From NCBI RefSeq assembly GCF_009834535.1, contig NC_045696.1, forward strand, positions 3,784,001-3,848,000: DNA of 64,000 nt, read 5' to 3'. Numbering within the stretch: the first letter of the stretch is position 1; the number at the start of each line of letters is the position of its first letter. Below the pieces are notes generated by a model. It had not been told where the DNA came from and ran no database searches. It worked only from the letters and a program-made list of their open reading frames with translations. Below are positions 61,350 to 64,000 of the stretch, in pieces. The DNA is from Camelus ferus (taxonomy: Eukaryota). The translations under genes and the position numbers were made by a program.

Positions 61350-62400
61350 GACTTTCCTGGTGTTACTTCTTCAAGCTACTGTTTAGTGCCTTTTGATTTC
61401 AGCCTGAATTATCGTTTCTTGTAGGGCAGGTCTGCTAGCGATGAACTCTTTCGATTTTTATTTATTTGGAAATGTCTTAATTTTGCCTTCATTTCTGAAG
61501 AATGCATTTGTAGGGTACAGACTTTTTGGTTGACAGTGTTTCCTTTCAACATTTTAAACATGGCATCCTACTCTTTCTGGTCTCACAGTTTCTGATGAGA
61601 AATTGGCTGTTAACTTTCTCTTTTGCTGCTTTCTGTCTTTGAATAATTTAGTTATAATGTGTTTCAGTGTGGATATTTTCAAGTTTATTCTACTTGGAGT
61701 TCATTGAGCTTCTTGGATGTGTGGGTGCATAGCTTTCTTCAAGTGTGGGAAGCTTTTGGCCATTAGTCCTTCATATATTTTTTCTGCTCCTTCCTCTCTC
61801 TTCTCTACTTCTGGGACTCCTATTAAGTGTATGCTGGTGTGCTTGACTCTGTCCCACAGGTCTCTTAAGTTCTGTTTATTTATCTTCATTCTTTTTTCCC
61901 CCATCTACTCCTCAGGCTGGAATATTTCAATTGACCTAGTGTCACGTTCACTAATTCTCTCTTTCGCCTGCTTAAATGTGCTATTGAGCCCCTCTAGAGA
62001 AGTTTTCGTTTTACTTATTGTACTTTTCAACTCTGGAATTTCTATTTGGTTCCTTTTTATATTTTTCTTTATTGATATTCCTTATTTGGTGAGAGATTAT
62101 TCTCTTGGTTTCCCTTAGTTCTTTGTTCACAGTTTTTTTTTTAACTCAGAGACTATATTGAGAGAGTTTTGTCTAGTAAGCCCAATTCCTGGGTTTCCTC
62201 AAAAATGTATTCTACTAATTGCTTTTTTTACCCTGTGAATGGGCCATATTTTCTTCCTTCTTTGCATGTTTCATAATTTTTGTTGAAAAATGGACATTTT
62301 GAATATTATAATGTAATAATTCTGGATATCAGATTCTCCTCCCTCCCTCTCATTTATTGTTGCTGATTGTTGTAGCTTGTAATTTATTTATAGTGACTTT
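61350..62400 (-). mobile_element. L1 ORF1 relic
   Basis: ORF 61701-61904 contains QNLRDLWDRVKHTSIHLIGVPE...SFPHL..HIQEAQ (L1 ORF1p). Confidence 0.9.
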
Positions 62401-62619
62401 TCTAAACATTTAAGTTCTTCTATTTTGCTGCAGTTTGTTTTTTCTTGATGAAGAATTCTTTGGTTGTTGTAAACATTTGACTGTTTTCTGGAGTTCAGAT
62501 AAAGATGATTCTAATAGTTTTGCTAATTTCCTCAGTGTTTCTGTGAAGGAGTGGGCCCTTAGATTTCTCTATTTCCTATGTTTTTTCTGACATCACTCTT
62601 GGCAAGCACAATTTTGAGG

Positions 62620-63405
62620 GCATTGACAGGAGGGTGGAATTAAAATTACTTTGTTATTATAAGGTATTAACACTACCTGTGAGTTAGTGTAGTGTTATTT
62701 GAAAGTGAACTTGGATTAACTATAAATGTATATTGCAAACTCTACGATAACCACTAAAAAGGGGGGAGGAGAAGAAGTGTAACCAATATGCTAACAAAGA
62801 AGAGAAAAAGGAATCATATAAAATGCTCAGTTAAAACCACAAAAGGCAGGAAAAGAGTGGAAGATAAAAATAAAATCAAAGAACAAGGGCAATAAATGGA
62901 AAATATTAACAAATAAGACATTAATCCAACTACATCAAAAATCACTTGGCACATCAGTGGTCTAAATGCACCAATTGAAAGACCAATTGTCAGAGTGCAG
63001 CAAAAAATAAGAGCCAACTCTGTGTTATCTACCAGAATCTCATTTTAAATATAAAACCACACATAGAATAAAAGGAAATGGACGGAGAAAGACATACCAT
63101 GTTACTGCTAATCAAAAGAAAGCAAGATTAGCTATAATAACTTCAAAGAAATCAGATTTCAAAGTAAGGAAAGCTATCAAAAATAAAGAAGGATATTACA
63201 TAATGATAAAAAGGCCATCTCTCCAAGTGTATATAGCAATTATTAGCATATGTGCTCCTAGCAACAGAGCATCAAAACATGTGAGACAAAAATGGATAGA
63301 ATGGCAAAGAGAAATAGATGAACCCACTATCAGAGTTGAGGATTCAACATCCTTCCATCAAAATGCACAGGTCCACAGGCAGAAAATCAGAACAGACATA
63401 GTAGG
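62620..63405 (+). mobile_element. Old L1 inter-ORF + ORF2 endonuclease start
   Basis: gtggtctaaatgcaccaattgaaagac (GLNAPI). ORF 63203-63478 contains ISICAPSNRASKHVRQK. Confidence 0.85.
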
Positions 63406-63419
63406 TGATACAAAGATAT

Positions 63420-64000
63420 TTACTCTTTGTGTCCACTCCCACCTGTCCATCCACATGGCTGTTCCCAAGACTTCCTAGCTGCCAATCTTCCCATCTTTCT
63501 CCTTCCGAGCCATTTGCCACTGCCTATTAATCTACGTGCACTCTACCCTCAGACCATCTGTACCTCCCAAAGTTCTGCTCATTGGGAGGATTTTCCTGAT
63601 CACTCTTTCCAGGCAATCCCTTAGGAGCACTGCCCCACCTGCCAAGCCTACTATTTATAAACCAAGCTTGTGCTTTTGCCCTCTCCAAAATCTGATTGTA
63701 AAAGATCTTCCATATGATTATAGTTGAGGGAAAGCTGCTGGTACAGCAATGGTAGGAGCCATTGGGGTCTAAGCTACCTGTTCATGCAACTTGCGTGGAT
63801 CCCCTGGCCTCAGTCTAACCATGGGCTGCTGCTGGATCCTCCCAACCTTATGATTTGGTGGGTCTGACAGAACACAGCTCAGCATGGGCAGTTTTGGTGC
63901 ATGGTGCTCAGATATTCTGTTTCTATCAGAGATGAGGACCTGCTTTTCAAAAGGTATATTCCCCCCTACTGCAGGTGGCATGGCCTTGCTCTGGAACCCC
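63420..64000 (-). mobile_element. ERVL/MaLR internal pol (RT-RNase H) relic, runs off the window end
   Basis: GFQSKAMP...IPFEKQVL...LPMLSCVLSDPPNHKVGRIQQQ...KLHEQVA resembles ERVL pol. Confidence 0.8.

Noticed and set aside
1..64000. CRISPR arrays, operons, rRNA or other prokaryotic systems
   Set aside because: The sequence is mammalian. I saw no repeat-spacer array or rRNA-like sequence.

Overview
Mammalian genomic DNA, most likely from a camelid: there are two tRNA-derived SINEs resembling Vic-1 and many short, young L1 3' ends of one lineage-specific type. The first ~50 kb has no protein-coding gene I can recognise. It is a GC-rich mosaic of old DNA transposons (Zaphod, MER115, MER91, MER20, MER58, MER5A, MER33-like), L1, L2 and MIR pieces, and many MaLR, ERV1 and ERVL solo LTRs. 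It also holds an orphan CpG island (~25.1-26.3 kb) and a cluster of co-oriented CTCF-like motifs (~32.9-33.2 kb). From 50.5 to 57.6 kb lie three single-exon keratin-associated protein loci: an intact KRTAP12-like gene (-), a divergent KRTAP12-like pseudogene (+), and a KRTAP10-like gene (-) whose stop removes the last five canonical residues. The window ends in a rearranged L1 and an ERVL/MaLR internal pol relic. Repeat family names come from recalled consensus sequences, not from a database search. I see no convincing new biological system. The best leads are the possibly displaced KRTAP block, a candidate spliced transcript from the CpG island, and a SINE+L1 composite inside one target-site duplication (TSD).
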